In this document: piece by piece, positions 13,357 through 25,976 of the stretch
Position numbering within the stretch: position 1 is the first letter of the stretch
How the letters are laid out: each line of letters opens with the position of its first letter
Source of the DNA: Malacoraja senta
Taxonomy: Eukaryota
Assembly (NCBI GenBank): GCA_038087875.1
Contig: CM075987.1
Coordinates: 18,974,001 to 19,038,000, forward strand
Reading direction: 5' to 3'
Length of the DNA: 64,000 bases
Notes under the pieces: model-generated
What the model saw: only the letters and a program-made list of their open reading frames with translations
What the model was told of the DNA's origin: nothing
The model's database searches: none
Made by a program: the position numbers and the translations under genes

Positions 13357-16300
13357 TAACTTGCTCTTTTTATGGTTCAGGGTTACTGCCACTGAATAAA
13401 CTTGCTGATCATTAAGTACACGAAATAGTAGTATCAGTAGCACAGTACATGGAAACAGTTCTTACGGTCCAACAAATCCACATTATCCACCACCTGAGCA
13501 AACAGTTCTAATCACACCTTGTTCTTGTATTTCTTTAAATGTTTTTTAATTTTCCCCGAGCAGCCAATCTCCTCAAAAGTCAAAAATAACAAATACACAT
13601 CGTTATCCTTAACCCTGAACGCATGACGTACAAGATTATTTATTTTAATATATGGCCAGGCTGATTATTGTGTTGAGAACAGGTGCGACAATATCACCTT
13701 GTAACCAGCTCCACAAGAGCAGACGAATGGTGTGGCCTTGTCCATTTCCTATGCTTTGCTCGAGCCTTCAGCACAAGGCCAGCCACTAATCAAATTGATG
13801 CATTTAAAATGATTCCCAATGGCAAGACACATCCATCAATTCCAAAAATAGGATCATGTGTCAGATGGGACATCCATTCAAGGACAATGGCAGCCATCAG
13901 TTTACAGACATCTGTGTTTAAAGGTATTGTTTGTCAGTCAGCCTGGGGTGTAATTCTCTTTTTCCAGAAAATCAAATAGTTTTGAGCTGGGTATCTATGC
14001 TGTTATCAGTAAGAATAAAGGTAATTCAATGAAGCAGAATTTAGTGCTAAAAAAAAACTCACATTGAATTGAAATTGAATGAAGTCAGCATTTGTGCCCT
14101 TTTGAACTTGGACTTTCAGCATTTTGCGGGAGATGTAAATCCAATGTCACATTCTGAACTGAAGGTGGGGAGAGGGGAAGGGGGCTGCTCTTGCTGGGAG
14201 GGCAGAGGTAGTTTAGTGCAGTTTAGATTATTGTCACATGTACCAAGGTACATTGAAGAGCTTTTGTCCCGTGCTAACCTTTCAGGAGGAAGAATGGCCA
14301 CGATTGCAACCGAGCCACCCACAGTATACAAATACATGATGATGGGAATAATGTTTAGTGAAAGATAAAGTCCAGTATAATCCGATTTAAGATAGTCCGA
14401 GGGTTTCCAGTGAGGTAGAGAGTAACTCGGAACTGCTCTCTAGTTGTAGGGAGGATGGTTCAGTTGCCTGACAGCAACTGGGGAAAAAACTGTCCATGAA
14501 TCTGGAGGTGTGCCTTTTACACTTCTATACCTCTTGTTTGATGGAAGAGGGGAGAAAGAGTGGCCATGATTCTGTCCTCAAATTATAGTGCAGTATTGGG
14601 TCATCCATGTATTGAAAACTTCTCCGAAATGGCACACAATGGATAAAATAAATTAAGATCTATTTCACATGTAACTGAGCCAATACTACTTCCCACTATT
14701 GAACAAAATCAGCACAACTCCTTGCCCATTGCAATATTGCTCATTGGCCAAGGTTGATGAAGTTTAATTCCTATCTCTCTATAAATCCCAATCCTACACC
14801 ACAGCCACTTCTCCTGGTTGAGACTGTACACATATCAGCTGCTAGCCTTATCCACAAGAGTTGCGAGTATCCAGTTGAAGTTCTAAGATTTAGCAGAGAG
14901 GAACTGAAGATGGTTCTCCCTCCCATTGTTCAACAGTGCCCTTTAATGATTCATGGCGAGACCCTAGAAAAACATGGACCCCTTCCCATTTGTCCGGAGC
15001 TCTCTCTCAATGAAGGCAGCCATTATTGATGAAATTCATCACTGTCTTCATCACTATGGTTATATGGTTATATGGTTCAGTGTGTCGGCACATTCATAAA
15101 CTGGGCTTCTGGTACATAAATCATTTAAAATTTAGAATAGTGCTGAGAATCTCGAGTCCATGCACTGGGAGCACACAGAAGCCCAGCCAAAATGGTGAAT
15201 GGATACACCATCTCCCAACTCGCCCACTCAGCTGACATGTCAAAACCCACGGCAACACTCAGCGGATGTAAGCCCAAGATAGAAACCGGAGCTACAATTA
15301 CTTCATTGCAGTTTTTGAGGTAGAAATGGAAGCAAGCCATCCTTGTTCCTAGGGGTAAACCAATCAAGAAAGCTTCACCTCTGGCAACTGCAGTGTTCGC
15401 ACATTTCCTTTTCCTTCAAACAGAACCGTGCAACCCTTCTACCTTCAGTGAGGACTTCCCTTCAGGGTGGAAATAATTACCCCAGGAATTAGCTCAACTA
15501 ATATGCTGTGTTGTGCTGGATTGCACCAATGCTTTGGTGAAAAGTACACCTGGCTAAGCCTGAAATGCATTTCTATTATTTTTATTTAAATGCGAAGAGG
15601 AATGGGCAGATGAGTAGCCATTTGGCCTAGAATGATTCCTTTTGTGTTTTAGATAGGGTAGTTACATGCTGTTTTACACTGGGTAAATAGTACATTGTCG
15701 GCTCCAGTGTACTTTGTGTATCATGGAATACCAGTGAAATCCTTCATACTTCCCAGTAATACAACACAAAGCCACATGTATTTTATTGCAATTGGGAAAT
15801 ATACACAAGCAAGACAAACTCTTACTGCATTGTCAATTGTCCACAATTTACAAATAACTTTGAGAGTATGAATAGTTACAGATGGATCATGGCAAAGTTG
15901 GGGGGGGAGAGAGAAGCAAATGAATTATTTATTAGGAGGTACCGCTGCATTGATATCATAATGGACAATTCTCCTCACTACCAGCTGTTCCCAGAATTCT
16001 ATTACGCTACACAAAGGCGGGCGTCCACAGACTGTCTGACTGCCTGAAACCAACAGAAGGCACAGAGAAAAGACAGGAGGAGACACTGGTTAATGCATTA
16101 AAACCCCTTTTACAAGTCCGAGTGCACAATTCATTTGTGTATGCAAGAGGCAGTTCGATCAGCTGCAGCAGTTTTAGATTTGTGGCCACGAGTGTTTAGT
16201 TTTAACTAGTTTTCTTTCCATTAGAGACTGATAAATTTAAGGTAATTATGTAATGGAATCATAGGGCAGTACAACACAAAACAGGCATTTCAGCCCACTT

Positions 16301-16877
16301 TGACTATGCTGGCTCAGTAGGCATATTGGCCTGCGTTTGGCCGATATCCATCAAAAACCTTTAATCTCCAAATATATCAGTCTAAATGTATTTTAAAAGT
16401 CATTTGCACATAGTGTCAAGTCAAGTCCAGCAAAATGAACTGGGCCCTGCCTTCATGCAGCATATATTTACAGCAGATCAAGGGGTAATTCATTTGATTC
16501 TGTCCTCAACTGTCCACACAAGCCATCACGGAGGACATCATGTTAAAAGCTACAGAACCCAAATGGAATAAACTCACAGGATATTCCTTGTGCATGCTGA
16601 AAATCATCGCTGGTAATTTTTATTTCTATCAAACTTTGTTGCTGGCGAGATGGCGGCTTCTTTGAACTGATAACTGCAGCTGGACGAGCACTCGATGCTG
16701 ACCCATCACTGCTGCTTACAGTGTAGTCTCAAAACCACCTTTGACCACTGGGCATGATTGATCTGTTACACATTTGAGGGGCGAGTGTTTTCCCCGTGAG
16801 TTTTTACACCACCCCAGCAGCATGTCCAGTAAGCAGGATTATTGGTAAAACACACAAAGTTTGCATTTTAAAGGAAA

Positions 16878-17884
16878 CTAGATCAAGTGGGACCCGTTGG
16901 GTCCCTGTCACACGGGAGGGCTGGTGCCCAAACGCAATATTCCACCACTCACCCATAGCCCCCAACTGTGCAGGCATGGCCGACGGGTTCCCATTGTGAC
17001 CCCAGAGATGCCCGTTGTGACGCGAGTCATGGTAACCCTTCCCAACTACGCCTCGCCATCCTTCCTACCCCTATCCCCCCCCTTCATCCCCCAACACTCC
17101 CTCCCCCTCCTCTTCACCCTCCCCCTTCTCTCCCCTCTCACCCATAGCCCCCACAGGAGGCCTGGTCCCCCAATGCAACCTGTTCCCCAAGGCAATATTG
17201 CACACCACTCACCCGTTTCCCCAACGCAACTCATTCACCCAACGCAAGATTCCACCACTCACCCATAGCCCCCAACTGTGCAGGGACTGCTCAGTTCACC
17301 TTATTCAAAATTCAGTGTACGTTGACTTTAAAATATTTTTTTAAATGCACCCTCCTTCTATGCTGCCAGGATTAAAATAAAAGGATAGCAACATTCTAGC
17401 TTGCAATTGCACTCTCTAGTGCTAGCAGCCTGGCAAGACTGAGTGTGCTGAGATTGCTACAATGTAACATTGTGAAGCCATAACTGAAGATATAGCTGCA
17501 GAGTGAAGAATTCATTCACAAATCTTGACTTTAAGTATAAAAATGTAAAATGACTTGTGAAATATAACATCAATCTGAATGATCACAGGACAAAGGTGAG
17601 TAAGGCGGTGCAAAAATGTTTGCACTACCTTGCACCGTTTTGGTGTAGGAGACGGACGGACAGACGGACAGACGGACAGACGGACAGACGGACAGACGGA
17701 CAGACGGACAGACGGACAGACGGACAGACGGACAGACGGACAGACGGACAGACGGACAGACGGACAGACGGACAGACGGACAGACGGACAGACGGACAGA
17801 CGGACAGACGGACAGACGGACAGACGGACAGACGGACAGACGGACAGACGGACAGACGGACAGACGGACAGACGGACAGACAGA
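16878..17884 (-). mobile_element. Helitron-like non-autonomous element, 5' terminus not recognisable
   Basis: Minus-strand 3' end GGGACCC-AAC-GGGTCCC hairpin + ACTTGAT-CTAG|T, the same terminal motif as the 34849-35409 element; internal direct repeats and an 8-mer tandem array. Confidence 0.7.
17651..17884. repeat. (GACAGACG)n tandem repeat
   Basis: Directly visible 8-bp array of ~230 bp. Confidence 0.97.
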
Positions 17885-18784
17885 GCAAAACAAAGTGTTG
17901 GAGGAACTCTGTGAGGCAGCATTGATGGCGTTTCAGATCACCCTTCTGCAGACTGTTTGCATTTTAATATCTCTTCTAGACACCCAACCACAATAACACT
18001 CTCCAAACTCAACGAAGTTTATCTTTGGGAGACATTCGAATAAGCAAGTTCAGTGTACTGAAAATCGCAAGGAATCATGGGATTTGTCAAAGGTCATTCA
18101 CTATAAAGAAAAAACGAACGAAGTGCTAGCTGTATAAACTGTGTATAGATTCTTATCTTTATTCATAATTTATGTGTAAAAATATATTTAATCTGAGGAA
18201 CAGGTGTGCCAGGTAACGGGAGAGTGGGATGTAACAGCGAGAGAGAGGGGGGCAGATGCGAGTGGGAGACGGGGAGAGACTGGACCGGCGGAGAGACATT
18301 CTCGGCAGCTGAACTGCTGCGTGTGTACAGACGCATTTCAACCATAGTCAGGATAGAACCCGGGTCTCTGGTGCTGCAAGCACTGTTGAATTGCTACTGT
18401 ACCGTCCTCGTCCCCTCCTGAGTGTCCCATCCCTGTCCAGGGGCGGCCGGAGATGTCCGGGGTAACCCTAGATTGACGGGACACCAGCCCGGAGCAGTGG
18501 CAGTCCCAGGCTTACAGCCAGCGTGGACCGTCTGTCCAGGGCTGTCGGTTAACCCGGCGGGACAGGCAGAGTGGAGCTAGAGATATCGCTTCTTCTCCGC
18601 TTGTTTCTCCAAGCGCTTACTCTTTCTCTATTAGAAAGCTTTGCAACATTGAAATCATCAACTATTCCAATACTACAAGTACTTGGTGGTCCAACAAATG
18701 CAAATTTAATTTACATTTGAATGCGTTTCAATTAATTTACAGAAACTACATGAATAAGATAACAGCCAGTAGCCACTTCCTTAC

Positions 18785-18904
18785 CAGAATGATGTCCACT
18801 CTGTCCCTTTTGCTCTTGTATTTGGTCAGCTTTTGTATTCTTCTCTTTTCTAGGTCATTTCTGTCCAGATTTAGTAACTTGGTCACCTTATCTTGGATGA
18901 AAGA
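18785..18904 (-). CDS. CCDC187: Exon SFIQDKVTKLLNLDRNDLEKRRIQKLTKYKSKRDRVDIIL
   Basis: ttttcccccaag|TCT ... CTG|gtaa; 120 nt, phase 0-0; CEP350-like KRDRVD motif. Confidence 0.9.
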
Positions 18905-20332
18905 CTTGGGGGAAAAAAATCGAAATCAACAATATATAAATCAATCTTAAGGACACATTTCTACCTCAAAGTATCTTTGAAGCAAAGTGGCTCGCATCTG
19001 GAACGCAGTTAGGCATGAGCGTGGAGGCAGCATTCCTCCCAACATTTAAGAAGTGTTAGGACAAGTATTTAGATCACTAACACACAGAAGGATCCGGACC
19101 AAGTGCTGTAAATGGGATTAATAGAGATAGGTGTCATGAGCCCGGTAGGCCAATGGGCCTGTTTATGTGCTATACAACTCTATCACCAAGTTTTCTGCTG
19201 CATTTAATACATGCTCATGTGACAGAGCTGACTGAAATTCTTAACTGTTGCTCCCTATTTAATTACATTCACATACACAAATTTAGGACAAATCCAAAGG
19301 AACTAACTAAAGACCAGACAATTTATTCACAATCATCAAAGTGATGGAAGATGTCAATGAGATGGTATCAAGTGGCACACGCACCAATAAGCAGCTTCTC
19401 TTTGATAATCAGGGCTTCACACAATTTGGCTTCAGATCCCATCCCAGCCTTGGTCCAAACATGGAGCTATAAGCTGCATTCCCCAGCGAGGTGCGAGTGA
19501 CTACCCTGGCATCAAGCAAACATCTAACTGAATGTGGCATCAAAAAACCTTGGTAAAATGGAGGTTACAAAAAGAAGTTGGTGGTCAATTGTGGAAGCAA
19601 ATAACCCAGCCCCAGGACATCACTGCAGAATTTCCTCAGGGCTTCATTATCTTTGGCGAGTTCATCAATAACCTACTTCCATTACAAGTGGAGATGTTCT
19701 CTGAGGACAGCACAATCTTTAGCTCATGTAGGAAAGAACTGCAGATGCTGGTTTAAATCAAGAAGGGTCTCAACCCAAAAACATCTCCCATTCCTTCTCT
19801 CCAGAGATGCTGCCTGACCCGCTGAGTTACACCAGCATTTTGTGTCTATCTACAATCATTATCTCTATGGGTAACTCCTCAACAAATTAAACAGTCTCAT
19901 CCTACATTCAGCAAAAGCAAGACTTGGGTGGCACAGTGGTTCAGCTGCCCCCTAACAGCACCAGAGACCTGGGTTCGATCCTGACCTTGGGTGCTGTCTG
20001 TATGGAGTTTGCACTATTCCCTATAACTGTGTAGCTTTGTTCCGGGTGCTCTGGTTTCCCACAATATCCCAAAGACATGTGGGTTTGCAAGTTAACTTGC
20101 CTCTGTAAATTCTCTCAAGTGTATGTAAAAGTGAGAGAACATAGAACTAAAGAGAGGTGGGGGGGGGGGGGCAGTGGGGGGAGAGAACGAAGGAGAGAGG
20201 GGTGGAGAACATGGGAGAGTGTATGAGAGAATTAAGTTTCATTTATATTGTCTTGCACAACCACGGCCATTTTACAGCCAGCCACACATTTATAACTGGT
20301 ATTCTATTGTTGCAAAGAAAGCTAGTATTTAC

Positions 20333-20479
20333 CGTTACTTCCGTTTTATCCTCTTTATTGAGAGAATGACCAGGATAGATTATAGCTTGAGACCTGGTTT
20401 TCATCCATGGATCTAGTTTGGGCTTTTGTTCTTTTATCAAGACATTTTGGAAAATATCAGATGTCAAATCAAAAATGGT
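20333..20479 (-). CDS. CCDC187: Exon TIFDLTSDIFQNVLIKEQKPKLDPWMKTR...KTEVT
   Basis: ttttgttcatag|ACC ... ACG|gtaaat; 147 nt, phase 0-0; matches the CEP350 FDLT..IF...P.WMK block. Confidence 0.88.
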
Positions 20480-20617
20480 CTATGAACAAAAATGGAGATA
20501 AAATAAGATGAAGTCAACAAAAGTGCTGCTTATTTCAGATTATCAAAGTTCTAAAGAACTTTGAAAGAAACCAAGTCACATTCTAACTCACAAAGACACC
20601 AAGACACTCTTGCCATT

Positions 20618-21057
20618 AAGTGGAAAGAGTGCAGAAAGGATTGACGAGGATGTTGCCAGGACTCGAGGGTCTGAGTTAGAGGGAGAAGTTGGGCAGGTTA
20701 GGACTTTATTTCTTGAAGCGCAGGAGGCTGAGGGATAATCTTATAGAGGTGTACAAAATCACTGGGGGAATAGATAGGGTGAATGCACAATGTGCTTTAT
20801 CCAGGGTAGAGGATTCAAGAATCAGAGGGCACAGGTTTAAGGTGAGAAGGGAAAGATTTAACGGGAACCCAAGGGGCAACTTTTTCCACACAAAGGGTGG
20901 TGGGTATATGGAACGAGCTGCCAGAGAAAGTAGTTGAGGCAGGTACAATAACATCATTTAAAAAACACTTGGACAGGTAGCTGAGTAGATACAGTTTAAA
21001 GAGAGATGGACCAAAAGCGAGCAGAAGAGACTTGCTTTGATGGGGCATCTTGGTCCA
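20618..21057 (+). mobile_element. CR1 3' fragment, interrupted by a GC-rich element; its 3' UTR resumes at ~21920-21960
   Basis: RLGLYFLKRRRLRDNLIEVYKI...RGHRFKVR peptide. Confidence 0.82.
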
Positions 21058-21060
21058 CCT

Positions 21061-21918
21061 GGGGCGCCGTCGAGTATGGCTGCCCTGCCAGCAGCTGTTA
21101 GTCTTTTCACCCTTTTTTATTTTTAGTTAGTTAAAAGTGTTTTGTTTGGAGATCTTTTAGTCTTTTTACGTGGGGGGTGGGGGGTGGGGAAAGGGGGAAA
21201 CTATTCTTCTCAGTCCCTACCTGGTCGGAGTTGCGGCTTTTCTCCGAGCCGTATCTTCGCCCCTTCCTCGCGGCCTACGGGCAGACTGGAGCGGCGTTTT
21301 CCTGCCGGGACCGGCCAGGACTTCAGCTTCGGCGGCGGCACAGCGCTGAAGCACCATCGCGGAGAGGGCGATGCCTTACCCGGGTCGCCGTGCAGTAAGC
21401 TCCGGAGTGCTGTGACCGCCGGCACCAACATCGCGGAGCTGCGGTCTGCGGAGCTTCCAGCCGCGGGCGGCGCTGAACTTTAAACACCGTGGAGCCTGGG
21501 ATATCACGACGAGGTCGCCAAAGTCGGAGCATCGACCAGCGCGGCTCGTGGACTTCGGGAGCCGCGGTCTCCTGGGAGGAAGTGGCCGCTCCAGACACTC
21601 CGGGCCGCTGAGAGTGTTCACCCGACGCCAGAGCTCCATCATCCGGCGAGAGGACCTGAGGCATCGTGCTGCCGTAGCGGCGACTGCAGAGGCCTCAATA
21701 GGCCCCGACTATGGGTGAACTGGGGATGGGACTGGACTTTGCTGCCTTCCCCCACAGTGGGAACCATTGTGGGGGGATGTTTTTATGTTTATTGTTAAAT
21801 TCTGTTAAATTCTTTAATGTTGTGTATTATCTTTATTCATGTGCTGCATTGGCAAGTCGAATTTCACTACACCAAGTGGTGTATGTGACAATAAATGTCC
21901 TTTGTCCTTTGTCCTTGT
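21061..21918 (+). mobile_element. GC-rich non-coding retroposon, copy B, inserted into a CR1 3' UTR
   Basis: Same architecture as copy A; (TGTCCTT)n tail. Confidence 0.7.
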
Positions 21919-22365
21919 CAGCATAACATGGGTTGAAGGGCCTGTTTCTGTGCTGTATAACTTGATTCACATTCTCCTACCAGTATCCTGGCTGCTGAAA
22001 CAATGGTTGCCCCAGTTTGGTGTCATTACTTTTAATTTATGTGACTATTTCTTGTGTTTTCAGGTCTTTTCATTTGGCAGTAACAGAAGAGATCTTGGCA
22101 TCTGCAGCCAGTTTAGTCTTTGTTACTTTAGTCGCAGAGTTACTCCTAAACAGTTTATGTGGTAAAATATCAAGTGATGGAGGAGCTCAATGGATCAGGC
22201 AGCCTTTGCGAAGGATATGGATGGGGGGCATTTCATGTTAGGAATCTTCTTCACACTGAAGGGTTCCTTCAGGCTGAATCAGTTTGAAGAAGGGTCCCGA
22301 CCTGAAACATCATCTGTCCATTCTCTCTGTAGATAATACCTGACCCATTGAGTTCATCCTTAAAT

Positions 22366-22783
22366 CTAGAATTTAGAAGATTGAGGGGGGATCTTATAGA
22401 AACTTACAAGATTCTTATGGGGTTGGACAGGCTAGATGCAGGAAGATTGTTCCCGATGTTGGGGAAGTCCAGAACAAGGGGTCACAGTTTAAGGATAAGG
22501 GGGAAGTCTTTTAGGACCGAGATGAGAAAATCATTTTTCACACAGAGAGTGGTGAATCTGTGGAATTCTCTGCCACAGAAGGTAGTTGAGGCCAGTTCAT
22601 TGGCTATATTTAAGAGGGAGTTAGATGTGGCCCTTGTGGCTAAAGGGATCAGGTGGTATGGAGAGAAGGCAGGTACAGGATACTGAGTTGGATGATCAGC
22701 CATGATCATATTGAATGGCGGTGCAGGCTCGAAGGGCCGAATGGCCTACTCCTGCACCTATTTTCTATGTTTCTATGTTTCTA
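22366..22783 (+). mobile_element. CR1 3' fragment, same subfamily as the 9667-11797 copy
   Basis: LEFRRLRGDLIETYK...GEKAGTGY peptide differs at only 5 of 106 residues from the copy at ~9758-10075; same 3' UTR and tail. Confidence 0.92.
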
Positions 22784-23330
22784 TCCAGCAGTTGGTGTTT
22801 TGCGCAAGATTCCAGCATCTGTACTTCCTAGTGCCTCATTGTTTATATGGTGTCTGCTGAGAAGTAAATAACAGCTGGATTAAAGTCTACATCTTCATTT
22901 AAAACAGCAGCTTTGTAATTTTTAGAACCACACGAGATGGAAGGAAGCCTCTATTTAAGAAGGCCGCCTTTCTGAGAGTGGTTCAGTTTCAGTACTGCAC
23001 TGGGGAATCATCTCAAAATGTGCTCAGGTCCCTGGAGTGAGATGTACAACAACAACAACAAGAGGAGGAAGAGAGTCTTTACTGGACCACATCTCGACAG
23101 AGTCACCAACCTTGTACTTGTCTTTATTCCCAAGACAGAATATGTCTTATGATTCAACTCCTCAGAAACAACAGCACAATAGATAGTGTGGAAACTGGAG
23201 ACCATTTATTTTGTGGGGTTTTATTACACAGAAAGTCAAATATTTTTCCCAACTGATCTGTGACAATGTTTATGCTCCACATGAGCCACCTTCTACTCAG
23301 ATAACTACCTGCATTAGCATCTTCTTCTCT

Positions 23331-24125
23331 CGGCGGCGCTGTCGAACAGCAGCGGCTCGCCTGCAGTCCGTCTGTTTTTACTTTTTTTGTTGTTTTTTTT
23401 TGTCCTGTTTTAGTTAAATTTTAGTTTATTGGGATGTGTACATGTGGTGTGGGGTGGGGGGGTGAAACATGACTTTTGTCTCTTCCTTCGGGGGAATGCG
23501 ACTTTTTCTTGTCGTATCCCCCTTCTCTGCCTCCGTCTGCGCTGAGGCCAAAATGGCGGAGCTGCCGGCCTCCAACTCCAACTGCGACCGACCGACCTCG
23601 AGGCTCCGGAGGCAGAGCCAGGACTGGCCGGCTTCGGGCTGCGGTGGCATTCCGGCGGTGGCGACCGAGGACACTGGTGGCGACCTGAGTCCGGAGGCTC
23701 GTCCACGGGCCTGGTGGACGACATCGTCGGGAGCTCGCAAGTCACAGGTGGGTGACCTGTTTTTCTGGGGCTCCCGCAACTACAGCTGCGTCCGCTGGAC
23801 TGGAGGGCGGCAGCTTCGGCCACCCCGGGCCGCAGAGTTTGAACCGGCCCGTCGCGGACGGAGCACGGATTCAGCCGCGGGATTGACTTACCATCACCCG
23901 GCGGGGTCACAACGTCAGAAGCCTGGATCGCCTCAGCGCAGAGGAAGAACAAAGCGGGAAGAGACAGAGACTTTAAGACTTTTGCCTCCATCACAGTGAG
24001 GTGAACTCACTGTGGTGGATGTTAATTTGTGTTTATTGTGTGTCTTGTTATTTATTATTATATGTATGACTGCAGGCAACGAAATTTTGTTCAGACCGAA
24101 AGGTCTGAATAACAAATAAAGGAAT
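23331..24125 (+). mobile_element. GC-rich non-coding retroposon, copy C
   Basis: Shares the 5' motif GCAGCGGC..CAGTCCGTCTGT and the 3' motif TATG.CTGCAG..AACGA.ATTT with copy A. Confidence 0.7.
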
Positions 24126-24237
24126 CTCTACCTGAATTATCTGTGCATTTTCTATGTGATGTCTCATGTCCTCAGCCTGACCCAACTGCAAGAGGCTTTA
24201 GACCTGTGCAGATGCCACCCACCCTCATGACATTCAC

Positions 24238-24576
24238 CTGCTTATATACTCTCTTGCATTTTTCATCAGCATCCATTTCATCAGTATCCTTATGGCACTC
24301 CAACACATTGATCTCATTGCCAACCTGATGCTGGCCACGTTGGCTCCACAAGGCATCGACAGCGTTTCCAGCCAGATGTTGAACATCTGTGAAGTTATGA
24401 GGCACAACAAACACAGTTTCCTCCGTCCGCCTCTGGGGAACAGAACACCAACAGTCCAACAGAAACATCTGTCCATGGGTTTTAGTGCCCAGGAAGGGTT
24501 GTAGCGCATTCAGCTCTTGATTACCTATATCCTGGCTGCTTTCACAAATCCCCACGTGATGCATCATTTTGCATGG
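24238..24576 (-). CDS. CCDC187: Exon PCKMMHH...VFVVPHNFTDVQHLAGNAVDALWSQ...KCKRVYKQ
   Basis: ttttttaatatctcaatag|CCA ... CAG|gtgaat; 339 nt, phase 0-0. An alternative in-frame acceptor exists at 24432. VVPH and KRVYKQ motifs as in CEP350. Confidence 0.85.
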
Positions 24577-25976
24577 CTATTGAGATATTAAAAAATGCAA
24601 GAAACAGTAAGTCTGAATTGAATTGAAAGACAACATTAATAAAGGCATGTTTTCATGAACAAATGCAAGAATTGCAGGGGTGTGGATTACAATAGAGTGA
24701 GGAAGGGGAAATTAATAGGTAACAGCAGAGCAGTCAATGAGTGATGGTACAATCTAACGGCTGTGGAAATAATGACCAGAAAGTGTGTAATATCCAACCT
24801 GTTAGTTGAGATAATAAATATTGGTTGGAAAACAGGGGACAACACTCCTACTTTAGTTTGAAATTACACTCAGTATTTTTTTCATGTACCCCCGAGGAGT
24901 GAAGACAAGACATTAGTTTCATGTCTCATCTGAAAGCCAGACTCTCTGACTGTGCAGTACTCACTCAGGACCATACGGAGTCATACCCTAGATTGTGTGC
25001 TCAAATCCTAGGATTAGAGTTATCTTCGATCTGGAGATGGGAAATCACAGTTTATTTCAGTTTAGTTTAGAGATACAGCGTGAAAACAGGCTCTTCAGCC
25101 CACACCGACCATTGATCACCTGTACACTAGTTCCACGTCCTACACACTAGGGACAATTTACAGAAGCCAATTAATCTACAAACCTGCATGTCTTTGGAAT
25201 GTGGATGGAAACCGAGCGTACAAACTCTGCACAGACAGCACTGAAGGCAGGATCGAACACGGGTCTCACACATCCTGAGTCAGCAGCTCCACCGCTGTGC
25301 TGCCATAACTCAATGGCATGGTTTACGATGTCATATTGGTCCAATGAATATTTTAATTTTACATTTAATGGAAAGGCTCCAAATACTTTTATGTAGAAAT
25401 GCAGGGGAAAGTAACATCAAAGGCCAAATTAATAGTTTTATTGTACATAACAGCAGTTACAATGGAAATTAGAAACCTAATCCAAACCATCAGTTTCCTA
25501 TAAACAGCCAAACTGTTTTAAATTCAAGGGAAAATGCTAGGAAACAGAGATATCCTGGGGTTCTTGAGATCTTTTATGTCTACTTAAATCACTCTGAAAG
25601 ATTGAAAGGGTCTTGCTTGGTATACAGTCCAGGAGACAATAAAATATTGTTCAATAATATTCTGGAAGATTGCAAAACATTAAAGCATGCCACATGGAGG
25701 AAGAAATTAGTTCCACTCTGCCTTTGACAATTCTTTGAAAGGGCTGCTTAATTGGTCCAACCCACTTTCCTTCCCAACAGCATCAAATTTTTCATTTACA
25801 CAAGTTCACGTAAATGTTCTTTGAAGGTAACTGTTAAATCTGCTTCCAGTAATACCTTATGATACACAGCATTCCAGATTGTAAGTTGTTGTGTAAAAGT
25901 TTCCCTTCTCCCCTCTTGTGCAGTTAATTATTTTGAAACAAGTACTTATATTTATACAAATTATACCAGTACTCAC

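Noticed and set aside
17512..17925. Several repetitive ORFs (SVRLSVCP / TDGQTDRR) and a possible CRISPR-like array
   Set aside because: These are translations of an 8-bp tandem repeat; there are no spacers and the context is eukaryotic.
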